Assembly (NCBI GenBank): GCA_003161635.1 | Contig: PMOA01000060.1 | Span: forward strand, 1-60,773 | DNA from: Limisphaerales bacterium | GTDB taxonomy: Bacteria > Verrucomicrobiota > Verrucomicrobiia > Limisphaerales > UBA11358 | Length of the DNA: 60,773 bases | Direction of reading: 5' to 3' | Shown here: one piece after another, positions 1-8,706 of the stretch | Layout: the number at the start of each line of letters is the position of its first letter | How positions within the stretch are numbered: the stretch's first letter is position 1 | The notes under the pieces: model-generated | Seen by the model: the letters and a program-made list of their open reading frames with translations, nothing else | Databases searched by the model: none | Told to the model about the DNA's origin: nothing | Made by a program: the position numbers and the translations under genes

Positions 1-34
1 GCCGGCGGGGCGCGCTCCGCGCGCACCCGCCGGC
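1..34. repeat. GC-rich hairpin
   Basis: gccggcggg(1-9)/cccgccggc(26-34) plus gcgcgc(10-15)/gcgcgc(19-24), 3-nt loop, one bulged A. Confidence 0.7.
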
Positions 35-74
35 AAACCCAACCACGGAGTCGCCATGCGTGACCACGTTACGA

Positions 75-413
75 CTACTCCAGGGGCAACACGGAACCCG
101 CCCGAATGATGACCCCGTTCTTGGCGTCAAAACCGTTCGGCTCCATCAGATCGAACTCCACCACCAATTTTTGCCCCTCCTTGAACGTGCAGGAGCATTC
201 CTTGGCAGCCTGTTCGACGGTCTGGACGCTGCGAGGGCACCAGGTTTGGACCGTGGGTGCCTTCCCATCGGCACACTGAACTTCGTAGAGGTTCACAATG
301 CCGACGACCTTTTTTGCTTTGTTTTGAACTTCCTTGTGGCGATGAGCCACAAACTTGGCGAGGACCACGCGGCGGCCCGCCAAGAACTGTTCGACTGCGA
401 TTTGCTGTTTCAT
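75..413 (-). CDS. Small hypothetical mobile-element protein, possibly OB-fold ssDNA-binding
   Basis: 112 aa, beta-rich, basic; ATG overlaps the stop of the upstream ORF (ATGA). Confidence 0.6.
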   Translation of the reverse strand: MKQQIAVEQFLAGRRVVLAKFVAHRHKEVQNKAKKVVGIVNLYEVQCADGKAPTVQTWCPRSVQTVEQAAKECSCTFKEGQKLVVEFDLMEPNGFDAKNGVIIRAGSVLPLE

Positions 414-580
414 ATTCCCTTTTGGCTTACCACGCGACAGACGACGCCACAGTCTTCGCCGTTGGTGATTACAACGATTAGTCCATCATTGACCCCATCC
501 ACGCTGAACAGGCGGGTGAAGTGGCCGGCGAACATCTGGTGACGTTCAAGCGACCTGTTTGTGTGAAGAATTACGTTCAC
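410..580 (-). CDS. 56-aa hypothetical protein (below ORF-track cutoff)
   Basis: GTG at 580, MNVILHTNRSLERHQMFAGHF...VVSQKGI*, TGA overlaps the ATG of 75..413, suggesting translational coupling. Confidence 0.5.
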   Translation of the reverse strand: MNVILHTNRSLERHQMFAGHFTRLFSVDGVNDGLIVVITNGEDCGVVCRVVSQKGI

Positions 581-646
581 GCGCTAACTTTAGCGCGTGT
601 AGAAAATCTGTCAGGAGATTGGGACAGCCTAGGAGGGGGTGCTGTC

Positions 647-1555
647 CTAAACCGGTGGCTCTTGCTCTGGATTTGGCCTTGGCCCCGGTGGCCGTTTCGT
701 TGTCAATCCAAGACGTTCACGCCGTTTCTTCAACGTGCCGGGCATCACACGTTGCCCCGTCATCACCAGAATTGCGTCCGAAAGTTCCTCGGCAGTGAGG
801 AGATTGTATTTTCTGCGAAGCCAGTTCAGCACCAGTTCGTGATTGATTGGATCTATTTCGCGTTTAGGTTCCTGCCAAACACGGGCGAACTCGCACATCC
901 ACTCCGTTCCAATGGGATTGCTGCGCTGCCATTCCTTCACCAAATCCTCAGTCCAATAATGAGCCATTTCGGCAAAATACGCTTCAACTGCTTCATGTTC
1001 AATTTTCTCACGCTCTCGCGGTTCTTCAGTCGTGTATGCTTTTTCCATCAGCGTAACGGTCTTCGGCTGCAGTCCGGCCAGCACCTTTAGCCTAGCCTGA
1101 TACAGGTCTTGCTCCTCGATTGATGATTTCCTGTCAGGACGACTGTAAGTAATCGGAATGCCATCGGGACGACTTTCAATGTAAGCCAGATCATCCTTGG
1201 ACGCCTCAAACATTGAGGCCAACTTTCGTAGTTCCGCCTTACTCATATTGACGAAGTTGACCATTTCATCGAACTTTTTCCGCGCATCTGCTTCCGTTGC
1301 GTTCGGTTCAAGATAAAAGATTTCGTCAGGTTCTTCCCGCCCGTCTTCGTAACGTTGCCAGTGAACAACCACCCAAATCTCCTTATTCCCCATGATGGCG
1401 TTATACATTGGATACATGGCTTCTCCCGGCTGAAAACCTACCTGGTTCGCTTTGAATCTGCCCAAGCCAACAATATCCCGATACCACACTGGCACTAGCT
1501 CAATGCGATCCTGAAACTCAACAAGCCAGACGCCTGTGTATGGAGGAATAATCAT
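647..1555 (-). CDS. Hypothetical island protein, basic C-terminus possibly DNA-binding
   Basis: 302-aa ORF with natural composition; ends LLTAEELSDAI...GTLKKRRERLGL. Confidence 0.7.
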   Translation of the reverse strand: MIIPPYTGVWLVEFQDRIELVPVWYRDIVGLGRFKANQVGFQPGEAMYPMYNAIMGNKEIWVVVHWQRYEDGREEPDEIFYLEPNATEADARKKFDEMVNFVNMSKAELRKLASMFEASKDDLAYIESRPDGIPITYSRPDRKSSIEEQDLYQARLKVLAGLQPKTVTLMEKAYTTEEPREREKIEHEAVEAYFAEMAHYWTEDLVKEWQRSNPIGTEWMCEFARVWQEPKREIDPINHELVLNWLRRKYNLLTAEELSDAILVMTGQRVMPGTLKKRRERLGLTTKRPPGPRPNPEQEPPV

Positions 1556-2028
1556 TTTCTTTTCGGCGATGGTATCCGCCCCGTTCCTGAATTTATAAAC
1601 ACCATCGGTTCAAAATTGATTTGCCACATTTTCCCCTCTGGCACAAAGACTTTCGCGCTGTCCGCTTTGCTCCCATCACAAAAGACTTTGCGCCAGCCCG
1701 ATATTGGCGCGACCAAAGCAGCGTAACCGTTCTCCGAACCGCCTCCGGCTAATTCTCCGCCCGGTAACACCGCTTCCGTCGCGATACGCCTTCGGTTTCT
1801 GATTGGTAGCGGGGACCGGAACGATTCGTCGTCCTTTTGCATTTCCCTGTTAAGGTGACGCTGGTAAATTTTCGGCACGCACAACCAGTCCTTCAACGGC
1901 TAATAATTCCTCGACACGGTTCAGAAATGGGCGTATTCAGCGAACACTGAACACGCTCCTTAAATAGGAATGGGGTTTCGAATTCAAATTTGATTGCCAA
2001 AAGACGAATTGATTCCAAAATTGACCTT

Positions 2029-2295
2029 GTGAAATTTGATTCCCAAAAAATCATTCAATACTTAAATACTAAATGGGCAGTCAAGCCATGCCCAATGTGC
2101 GGTATTATCAAGTGGAACGTTTCCGATAAGCTTTTCGAACTTCGAGAATATCATGGTGGAGATCTTGTGATCGGCGGACAAGCGTCAATTATACCGTTGA
2201 TACCAATTATTTGTAGCAATTGTGGCAACACGATTTTCATAAATGCAATTGTTGCCGGTGTTGAAATTCCTGGTATTCCCCCTCCTGCAAAATGA
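2029..2295 (+). CDS. Small zinc-ribbon protein (CPMC...CSNC)
   Basis: Two CxxC pairs; GTG 2029 (alternative TTG 1990); TGA overlaps next ATG. Confidence 0.8.
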   Translation: MKFDSQKIIQYLNTKWAVKPCPMCGIIKWNVSDKLFELREYHGGDLVIGGQASIIPLIPIICSNCGNTIFINAIVAGVEIPGIPPPAK

Positions 2296-3230
2296 GCTTC
2301 GAGGTAACACAAAATTTTGAATTGGTTTCCCACGAAAAAGGAAAGGCCTATCCAATTTCAGTCAAAGAATGGGAATATCTAAAAGAGCAGATTGGGCAAA
2401 TAGAAGAGCGAGGAAACTTTTGGCAAACGATTGGTTCAATTTTATTGGGGGCAGCCGGCACTGCTGTTCTGAACAGTTTTACAGCGACGTTCCCTACGCC
2501 TCCAGAAGGAAGCCAGTCCATTCCCAAAATCCTGAATTGGGCTTTTTTTCTGATTACTGGCCTTTCTGGATTACTGGCCTTTTTCTTTGGACGCAGTCAA
2601 AAAAAACTCCAAAAGCAATTTGCTCAGAATGTTGTCAGACAGATGGAACTCATCGAGGGGCGTTTCCAAAAAGAAAATTCAATTCAAACAGTTAATCAGA
2701 GGTCTGTTCGGTTTGTTGCTGCCATAACACTAAAACATTTTGCGACAGGAAAGTTCCTTGCGTCATGCCCCAAAAATCACAACCACAAAGGTTCGTCAAA
2801 TCAGCAAATGGTTTATGCTGCAAGTATTTCTGATTCGTATTCTGTGTGGATGCTTAAAGGCCCTCATGGCAAACCCGAAGATTACAACCGCGATAAACCT
2901 GTCAACAATAGCGACATAATTCGCCTCGAACATTTGCTAACAAGAAGGAATCTTCACAGCCACGGTGATCGTCTTTCCCCCATTTCACCACAGCAGGAAA
3001 TCACAGCTTGGGGATCGAATGGTGTGTGCGACGAAAACGATAATTGGCGTGTGGAGATAGAGGGTGGAGGGCAATTGCTCACGGGAAAACGACTGAGACT
3101 AATACATTGCAACACAAATATTGCATTGCACTCGCACATCGCATCTCAACCAGAATTTCTAGATGGCAATCAGGAGGTAACCGGATTTGGCGACAGGGAT
3201 AATAATGCTTTTTGGATTGTCGAATCCTAA
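2292..3230 (+). CDS. 2TM membrane protein with C-terminal MIR (SDF2-like) beta-trefoil domain
   Basis: Two hydrophobic helices (~aa43-63, ~80-100); three repeats ITLKHFATGKFLAS / IRLEHLLTRRNLHSH / LRLIHCNTNIALHSH, each followed by QQMV/QQEIT/NQEVT and a Trp, the MIR repeat pattern. Confidence 0.85.
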   Translation: MSFEVTQNFELVSHEKGKAYPISVKEWEYLKEQIGQIEERGNFWQTIGSILLGAAGTAVLNSFTATFPTPPEGSQSIPKILNWAFFLITGLSGLLAFFFGRSQKKLQKQFAQNVVRQMELIEGRFQKENSIQTVNQRSVRFVAAITLKHFATGKFLASCPKNHNHKGSSNQQMVYAASISDSYSVWMLKGPHGKPEDYNRDKPVNNSDIIRLEHLLTRRNLHSHGDRLSPISPQQEITAWGSNGVCDENDNWRVEIEGGGQLLTGKRLRLIHCNTNIALHSHIASQPEFLDGNQEVTGFGDRDNNAFWIVES

Positions 3231-3251
3231 CGGAAGGCTCATTGGCAGTCG

Positions 3252-3274
3252 CGGACACCAAAACGGACACCAAA
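3252..3274 (+). repeat. Tandem direct repeat CGGACACCAAA (12-nt period), probable integrase arm sites
   Basis: Copies at 3252-3262 and 3264-3274, about 100 bp before the tRNA fragment. Confidence 0.6.
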
Positions 3275-3368
3275 GGAGTTAAAACCGGTATAGTCGGGTT
3301 ATGACGAATTATGTTGAATAGTGAATGAAATCGGGTATATTTGGAGTGCAACAGCGGGGTAAATTGAC

Positions 3369-3389
3369 CGATTCCGACCCTCGCCTCCA
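3369..3389 (+). mobile_element. att site: duplicated 3' fragment of a tRNA, probably tRNA-Cys
   Basis: CGATTCCGACCCTCGCCTCCA = partial T-loop, T-stem, acceptor strand, U discriminator, CCA; no 5' half upstream. Confidence 0.75.
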
Positions 3390-3470
3390 TCAACGACTTA
3401 CGACGAAAATGGGTGACAAAAACCCCCATTTTTGCGAGGGTTGAAAACCGACCTCCGCCTCCCTTTCAAA

Positions 3471-3499
3471 TTCATGTTGGTCGCGGCGATGAACCCGAC
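3471..3499 (+). mobile_element. Possible att scar derived from comM/yifB
   Basis: Encodes FMLVAAMNP, a conserved ComM/YifB AAA+ motif, isolated from any comM ORF. Confidence 0.5.
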
Positions 3500-3606
3500 C
3501 GACTTTCTTTATTGGTGTCCCCGATTGATCCGGGAAAGCCAATACTTTTCTGCGCCATTTGCTCTGGATTTTCGCATTGAAGAGCAGAGAGTAATGCCGT
3601 CTGCAC

Positions 3607-4044
3607 ATGACAAATCCTCCTGATCGCGAAGTGGCCGTCTTTGGCGCTGCCCGGCGGCTGCCGGCCGGGGAGCGAGCAGCCTATCTCAATGAAGCCTGCG
3701 TCGGTGACGCGGCCTTGCGCCAGCGCGTCGAAGAACTGCTTAAGGCCAGTGAACAAGCCGGCGCGTTCCTCGAAAGCCCGGCAGCGGTGCCGCTTGGACC
3801 GGGCGGCACCATCCATCTTGAGTTGAGTCCCACCGAAAAACCCGGTGACCGCATCGGCCGCTATAAATTGCTCCAGCAAATCGGCGAAGGCGGCTGTGGC
3901 GTGGTCTATATGGCCGAGCAGACGGAACCAGTCCACCGTCGCGTCGCGCTCAAGGTCATCAAGCTCGGCATGGACACCAAAAGCGTCATCTCTATCGATA
4001 GTTTGACTTCTTTGTCACAGACGCGGGAGGCCAACTGTCTATAG
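3607..4044 (+). pseudogene. Truncated Hanks-type Ser/Thr kinase (PVC ECF-associated type)
   Basis: ERAAYL..AC.GD..LR..VE.LL N-terminus, IGEGGCGVVY, VALKVIK; similarity ends at ~3990, no catalytic loop. Confidence 0.85.
4013..4039 (+). promoter_or_regulatory. Putative ECF41-type promoter
   Basis: TGTCACA-N16-TGTC, one mismatch to the ECF41 consensus TGTCACA-N16-CGTC, 40 nt before the sigma ATG. Confidence 0.55.
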
Positions 4045-4078
4045 TGCAGAACCAAATAATATAAGGAATATAAGAACT

Positions 4079-4996
4079 ATGCAAAGCCAGGCGGAAATTT
4101 TTACTGAGTTACGGCCCGTCTTGATGACGCTCGCCCTGCGCATATTGGGCAGCGAAGTGGAGGCCGAGGATATGGTTCAGGAAACTTATCTGCGGTGGGA
4201 GCGAGCCGCCGCCACCGAAGTGCGCTCGCCAAAGGCATTTCTGACGACCATTGTCACCCGCCTCTGCCTTAACCATCTGAAGCTGGCCCGAGTGCGTCTG
4301 GAGCATGCGGACGCACCTTTGCTGCTGGACCGCTTGCCCTCCGACGCGCGCAGTCCGGCGGAGCAGGCCGGGTTCGCCGATGCGCTCACCGAGGCGTTTA
4401 TGTCCGCGCTGGGCAATCTCTCGGCGACCGAACGAGCGGTGTATCTCCTGCGCGAGGCCTTCGCGCTCGATTACGGCGATATTGCTTCGGTGGTGGACCG
4501 CAGCGAAGAGAACTGCCGCCAGATTTTAAAACGTGCCCGGGAGCGGATTGTGTCCAGGGAATCCACCGCCCGACCAGGCCGAGAGCAAACCCAGCGCGTT
4601 GTTTCGGAATTCCTCAACGCGTCTGAAACCGGTGAACTCGAGCCGCTTTTGAGGTTGCTGTCGGATGAAGCCGCGCTGGCCCGGGATCCGGGTGACCTGA
4701 CCAAGCCTGCGCCGCCCTTGATTCATGATCGCGAAATCATGTTCCAAACTCTCGGGAATGCCCTCGCGCAGATGCGCAACGCCAGCGACCGTTTTGTCCT
4801 TTTTCCCATCGGCCAGGACTACGCCTATGTGGCCCGCCGCGGCACAACCGCCAGGGGAGCAATTTTGTTGCGGGTCATTGATCAGAAGGTGGCGGTCGTG
4901 CGGCTGGTGAGTTGCCCGGTGCTGCTGCACCAGCTCCAGATTCTGATGGCTCTGAGCCTCGGTGGAGATGCTGGAAGCGATCCTCACAGCAATTGA
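4079..4996 (+). CDS. ECF sigma factor, SigJ/ECF41-like, with SnoaL-like C-terminal extension
   Basis: AEDMVQETYLRW, ERAVYLLREAF, EENCRQILKRAR, F..A...G.L..LL.LL. Confidence 0.85.
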   Translation: MQSQAEIFTELRPVLMTLALRILGSEVEAEDMVQETYLRWERAAATEVRSPKAFLTTIVTRLCLNHLKLARVRLEHADAPLLLDRLPSDARSPAEQAGFADALTEAFMSALGNLSATERAVYLLREAFALDYGDIASVVDRSEENCRQILKRARERIVSRESTARPGREQTQRVVSEFLNASETGELEPLLRLLSDEAALARDPGDLTKPAPPLIHDREIMFQTLGNALAQMRNASDRFVLFPIGQDYAYVARRGTTARGAILLRVIDQKVAVVRLVSCPVLLHQLQILMALSLGGDAGSDPHSN

Positions 4997-5156
4997 ACAA
5001 TGAAGGGAGAACGCCGCACGGTTCGCAAAGTTTTGGGGACTCCGACAACCCCTGTTTTGCCAGACACAGAACATGGAACCCCGTGAATTAATGGTTCTAT
5101 CCCCGAACGAGGATTCGTTCCAACTGTAAAAGTCGGAAACAACAATAGGCAAACAT

Positions 5157-6527
5157 ATGAAAACCATTAACTACAGAATCGGTGGTATGAGAAAAAGACT
5201 TTTTAGCATCGCCGCCGCGACGTCGAGTCTAGCTCTTTTGTGGCTGGTTAGCGCCTATGTCATCCGAGCAGCTCCCGGACCGCAGGCCGACCTGGAATCA
5301 CAGACCATTTCGGTGGAGCTGAACGCTTTATTGAAAGTAAACGAGGGCCGGAACATCTTCCGGTATGACACGTTCGGGGATCAGGCATTCTGGGGTGACG
5401 CCCTCAAGCTGCACCAGGCGATTGAGGGAGCCAATCTGGGCGGGGTCGGCCCCGGTGTAAGCCCCAGCACCGCTTTGGCCGTTGGATTGAAAGTGGACGT
5501 GGATACTTTGCCCCAGTCTCTGAAAAGGAAATTGGCCGCCGGGCAGGTGGATTTGAACGACCCGGCCAATACATTGGCGCTGCTGAAGCTCAATGCGGTT
5601 GTCGGCGTGACGGGTTTCTTTGACCGGCAGAATCGCCTGACTTCTCTCGGAATTCAATGTGCCTTGTGTCACTCGACTGTGGACAACTCGTTTGCGCCCG
5701 GTATTGGACACCGCCTTGACGGCTGGCCCAACCGCGATTTGAACGTCGGAGCCATTATCAACCTCGCCCCAGATCTCTCTCCGTTCGCCAATGCCCTGCA
5801 AGTGGATGAACCCACTGTGCGCACCGTCCTGCAAAGCTGGGGCCCCGGCAAATTCGATGCGGAGCTGCTGATGGACGGGCAGGCCTTTCGTCCGGACGGA
5901 AAATCCGCCGCCACACTGCTGCCTGCGGCCTTTGGCCTGGGCGGAGTCAATCTCCACACCTACACCGGCTGGGGTTCGGTCCCATATTGGAACGCCTTTG
6001 TGGCCAACCTGGAAATGCAAGGTTCAGGCCGGTTTTTCGACCCGCGCCTCAACGATGCCAATACCTTCCCGGTGGCCGCCCGCCTAGGCTTCGCGAATAT
6101 CAAGGCCGACAATGACCTGATCACCAGCAAGCTGGCAGCGCTGCAATTTTATCAACTGGCCCTCCCGGTTCCCAAGCCGCCGCGCGGCAGCTTTAACGCC
6201 GCCGCCGCCGCCCGCGGCAAGTCTCTATTCGAGGGCAAGGCCAACTGCGCCACCTGTCATGTGCCGCCACTTTACACAGAACCGGGTTGGAACATGCACA
6301 CGCCCTCGGAAATCGGGATTGACGATTTCCAGGCCAATCGCTCGCCCGACAAGCGCTACCGCACCACGCCACTGGGCGGACTCTTCGCCCGGGCCAAAGG
6401 CGGCTTCTACCATGACGGACGGTTTCCGACGCTGCTGGACGTAGTGAACAGCTACAACACGCGTTTCAACCTGGAGCTTACGCCACAAGAGAGTCAGAAC
6501 TTGGTGGAATACTTGAAGTCGCTCTGA
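5157..6527 (+). CDS. Exported di-heme cytochrome c protein (peroxidase-like superfamily)
   Basis: N-terminal signal/TM, CALCH and CATCH motifs, YRTTPL..L, FYHDGRF, LVEYLKSL. Confidence 0.85.
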   Translation: MKTINYRIGGMRKRLFSIAAATSSLALLWLVSAYVIRAAPGPQADLESQTISVELNALLKVNEGRNIFRYDTFGDQAFWGDALKLHQAIEGANLGGVGPGVSPSTALAVGLKVDVDTLPQSLKRKLAAGQVDLNDPANTLALLKLNAVVGVTGFFDRQNRLTSLGIQCALCHSTVDNSFAPGIGHRLDGWPNRDLNVGAIINLAPDLSPFANALQVDEPTVRTVLQSWGPGKFDAELLMDGQAFRPDGKSAATLLPAAFGLGGVNLHTYTGWGSVPYWNAFVANLEMQGSGRFFDPRLNDANTFPVAARLGFANIKADNDLITSKLAALQFYQLALPVPKPPRGSFNAAAAARGKSLFEGKANCATCHVPPLYTEPGWNMHTPSEIGIDDFQANRSPDKRYRTTPLGGLFARAKGGFYHDGRFPTLLDVVNSYNTRFNLELTPQESQNLVEYLKSL

Positions 6528-6528
6528 T

Positions 6529-6841
6529 CGCTCAGGGGCACTCCCTCATTGCCAGTTTGAAAGGCGAGGACGTGGACTGGACGAATGGCACCGTGAGTTT
6601 CTTCCGCAAAAAAACCGGCGTGCCCGTCATTGTCCACTTGGGCACGGAAGCATTAAACCTATTCAAAGACCTGCCCGCCGAAGGCGTGTTGTTTCCGTAC
6701 CCGGAACGATTCGCGCAGGAGGCTTTGGGCCACAACAGCAAGGCGGTGCATCGCGCCTACGCCAAACGCGCCCTGATGAAAATCCCGTCACTGGAAGATT
6801 ACGAACACCGGGCAGCCGCAAAGGTCCAACCGGCAGCATAA
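6529..6841 (+). pseudogene. Tyrosine integrase C-terminal remnant
   Basis: LKGEDVDW, RKKTG, YPERFAQEALGHNSKAVHRAY (box II H and Y); N-terminus and the HxxR segment missing. Confidence 0.8.
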
Positions 6842-7018
6842 ACGCTCGGATGGTTCAATTGGTAAAAGTAGCTGGGGTAAAAGCCGTGGCGTGTGAGAGA
6901 GCAAATGCCGCGCAATGTTGTCAGCGGCAAATCTTATCGAGGGATTTATATTCGCGGCTCGAAGTCGCGAATCGCGGTTGAGTTGAAGGCAACTTTTGAT
7001 ATCATCGTAAACACTTTT

Positions 7019-8017
7019 ATGAAAACCTTGCCAATCTTGGTGGCGATTCTGGCGGCGGCCTTAACTTCTTCCGCCGCACCAATCGCGATTGAAGACATTT
7101 CACCGCATTTGTCCACGAATGCCCAAATCATCTGGAAAGCACCGACCAGCACCCTGCCCAAAAATCTTTGGGTTTATAAAATTCTTCCCAACTCATTTAC
7201 CGCGCCGGTAATTTCCAATGCAGTGGTGCTGGCTTCATTTCAGAGCAAGGGATTTCCGCAGCCTTCGACCAACCAAATAATTCTTTGGGATCATAATCGC
7301 AAGGGCGATGATCCCCTCGCTGGTGCGTTTTGCATTCTGCCTGATGCTGAGGTGATACAGTTCACAATGCGGAATCATGCTGCTGGTTCCTCCGAGGCCA
7401 TTCCAAGTGATGAGATGATTGCGAAGCGGGCGTGGGACTGCGTTGCTCAACTGGGCATTGACCGTGCGCAATTATCGCAAGGAGGAATACAAAACAATGG
7501 GTGTGAATACGACGGCAAAGGCGGGCTGGCGACCAACGACTATGTCTGTGGGCGAGCGATTACCCTCGTTCGAAAAATTGACGGGGTGGATTTTCAAGCT
7601 GAAAGCGAAGGCTTCTCGATTGAGTTTGGCAGTCATGGCACAATCCGGTCTTTCGGTCTTCATTGGCCGAATCTTGAACGCTTTGATAACCGTCAAACTG
7701 TCAGTCCCAAACAAATCATTCGTTTCATCAGGGCCAACAAAACTCCTGTGTTTCCAAATGAAAACGAGGAAACCTTTTTTCAAAGGGTCAAATCCCTGTC
7801 CCAGGCCAAAACCTTCACCATCACCAAAATCACGCTATATTATGGCGAGGGCATCTTTGGTGAAACGCCAAAGGAAAACGAGACGCCGAAATATGTTACT
7901 CCTTATGCAGAGCTTCAGGCCGTTGCTGATCTCGGCAATTCCAATTTGACTGTCCGGCTAGCTGCTCCAATCATTTTGTCAGACGTGAACCAGATATTGG
8001 GGCACAAAGCCAAGTAA
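7019..8017 (+). CDS. Secreted hypothetical protein
   Basis: Signal peptide MKTLPILVAILAAALTSSA; 332 aa. Confidence 0.75.
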   Translation: MKTLPILVAILAAALTSSAAPIAIEDISPHLSTNAQIIWKAPTSTLPKNLWVYKILPNSFTAPVISNAVVLASFQSKGFPQPSTNQIILWDHNRKGDDPLAGAFCILPDAEVIQFTMRNHAAGSSEAIPSDEMIAKRAWDCVAQLGIDRAQLSQGGIQNNGCEYDGKGGLATNDYVCGRAITLVRKIDGVDFQAESEGFSIEFGSHGTIRSFGLHWPNLERFDNRQTVSPKQIIRFIRANKTPVFPNENEETFFQRVKSLSQAKTFTITKITLYYGEGIFGETPKENETPKYVTPYAELQAVADLGNSNLTVRLAAPIILSDVNQILGHKAK

Positions 8018-8065
8018 ATCTTAAAGGATTCAGTGTCCCCTAGCCTGTTATTACGCCGACGACAA

Positions 8066-8343
8066 CTAACCACCCACCGCCACTGACTTGCCGACTCGCG
8101 AAGAATCAATGTCCAGCAAACCATTCGGCGGAAGGTTTTTCTTAGCGGCATTTCTCTTTTGCCAATGCTGGTTCAACGCATTTGTGACTTTTGCCAGCCA
8201 AGTGCGGTCTTTGACCTGTTCCAGCAGTTCCGACGCCGCAAAAAACTTGACGCTGTTCGGCGGCGGATTGCCCAGCGGCTTGAGCAACCGCACCGCCACC
8301 AGAATCGGCACATCATGCGGCTGGCAATTCAGCACCCAAGCTA
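8066..8343 (-). pseudogene. 5'-truncated mobile-element protein (HTH/excisionase-like)
   Basis: AWVLNCQPHDVPILV..RLLKPLGNP..VKFF..KDRTWLAKVTNALNQHWQKRN; no natural start. Confidence 0.55.
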
Positions 8344-8501
8344 TCACCTTGCTGGCTGACCCTGATTGGCTGGACGATGCCACGAAAATCATCGGCCAAT
8401 ACTGGCGGCGAAAGAACGCCCAGCGCCATGGTTTGACCTTGGAAAAACTGGCGGACGCTGCCCCTGTGGACTCCGTTGCCCCATCCAAAAATTGTTTCTA
8501 A
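8343..8501 (+). pseudogene. 5'-truncated paralog of the adjacent remnant, opposite strand
   Basis: ADPDWLDDATKIIGQYWRRKNA aligns with KDRTWLAKVTNALNQHWQKRNA. Confidence 0.5.
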
Positions 8502-8706
8502 AAGGCGTTAGGACAATTTGAAACGCATCACCAGTGGAGCGAACGGCAAGAAACGCGCCGATTATCCGCGCAACTCTTTGCAGTTAAACTGCTAGTTGCG
8601 ATTTTGGCTTGCCAAAGATTTTTGTGATTTTTGTTGGACATCGTGCCTAAGTTTTGCTATTTTTGTTATCAGATATGTTTGGGCCAACAAGCAGAATTAT
8701 AAACCC

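Noticed and set aside
1552-1896. 114-aa minus-strand ORF
   Set aside because: TTG start, no recognisable motif, low-information composition; cannot support it as a gene
3224-3231. Integron inverse core at the end of the MIR gene (TCCTAAC)
   Set aside because: Does not fit RYYYAAC and no complementary core or attC hairpin was found
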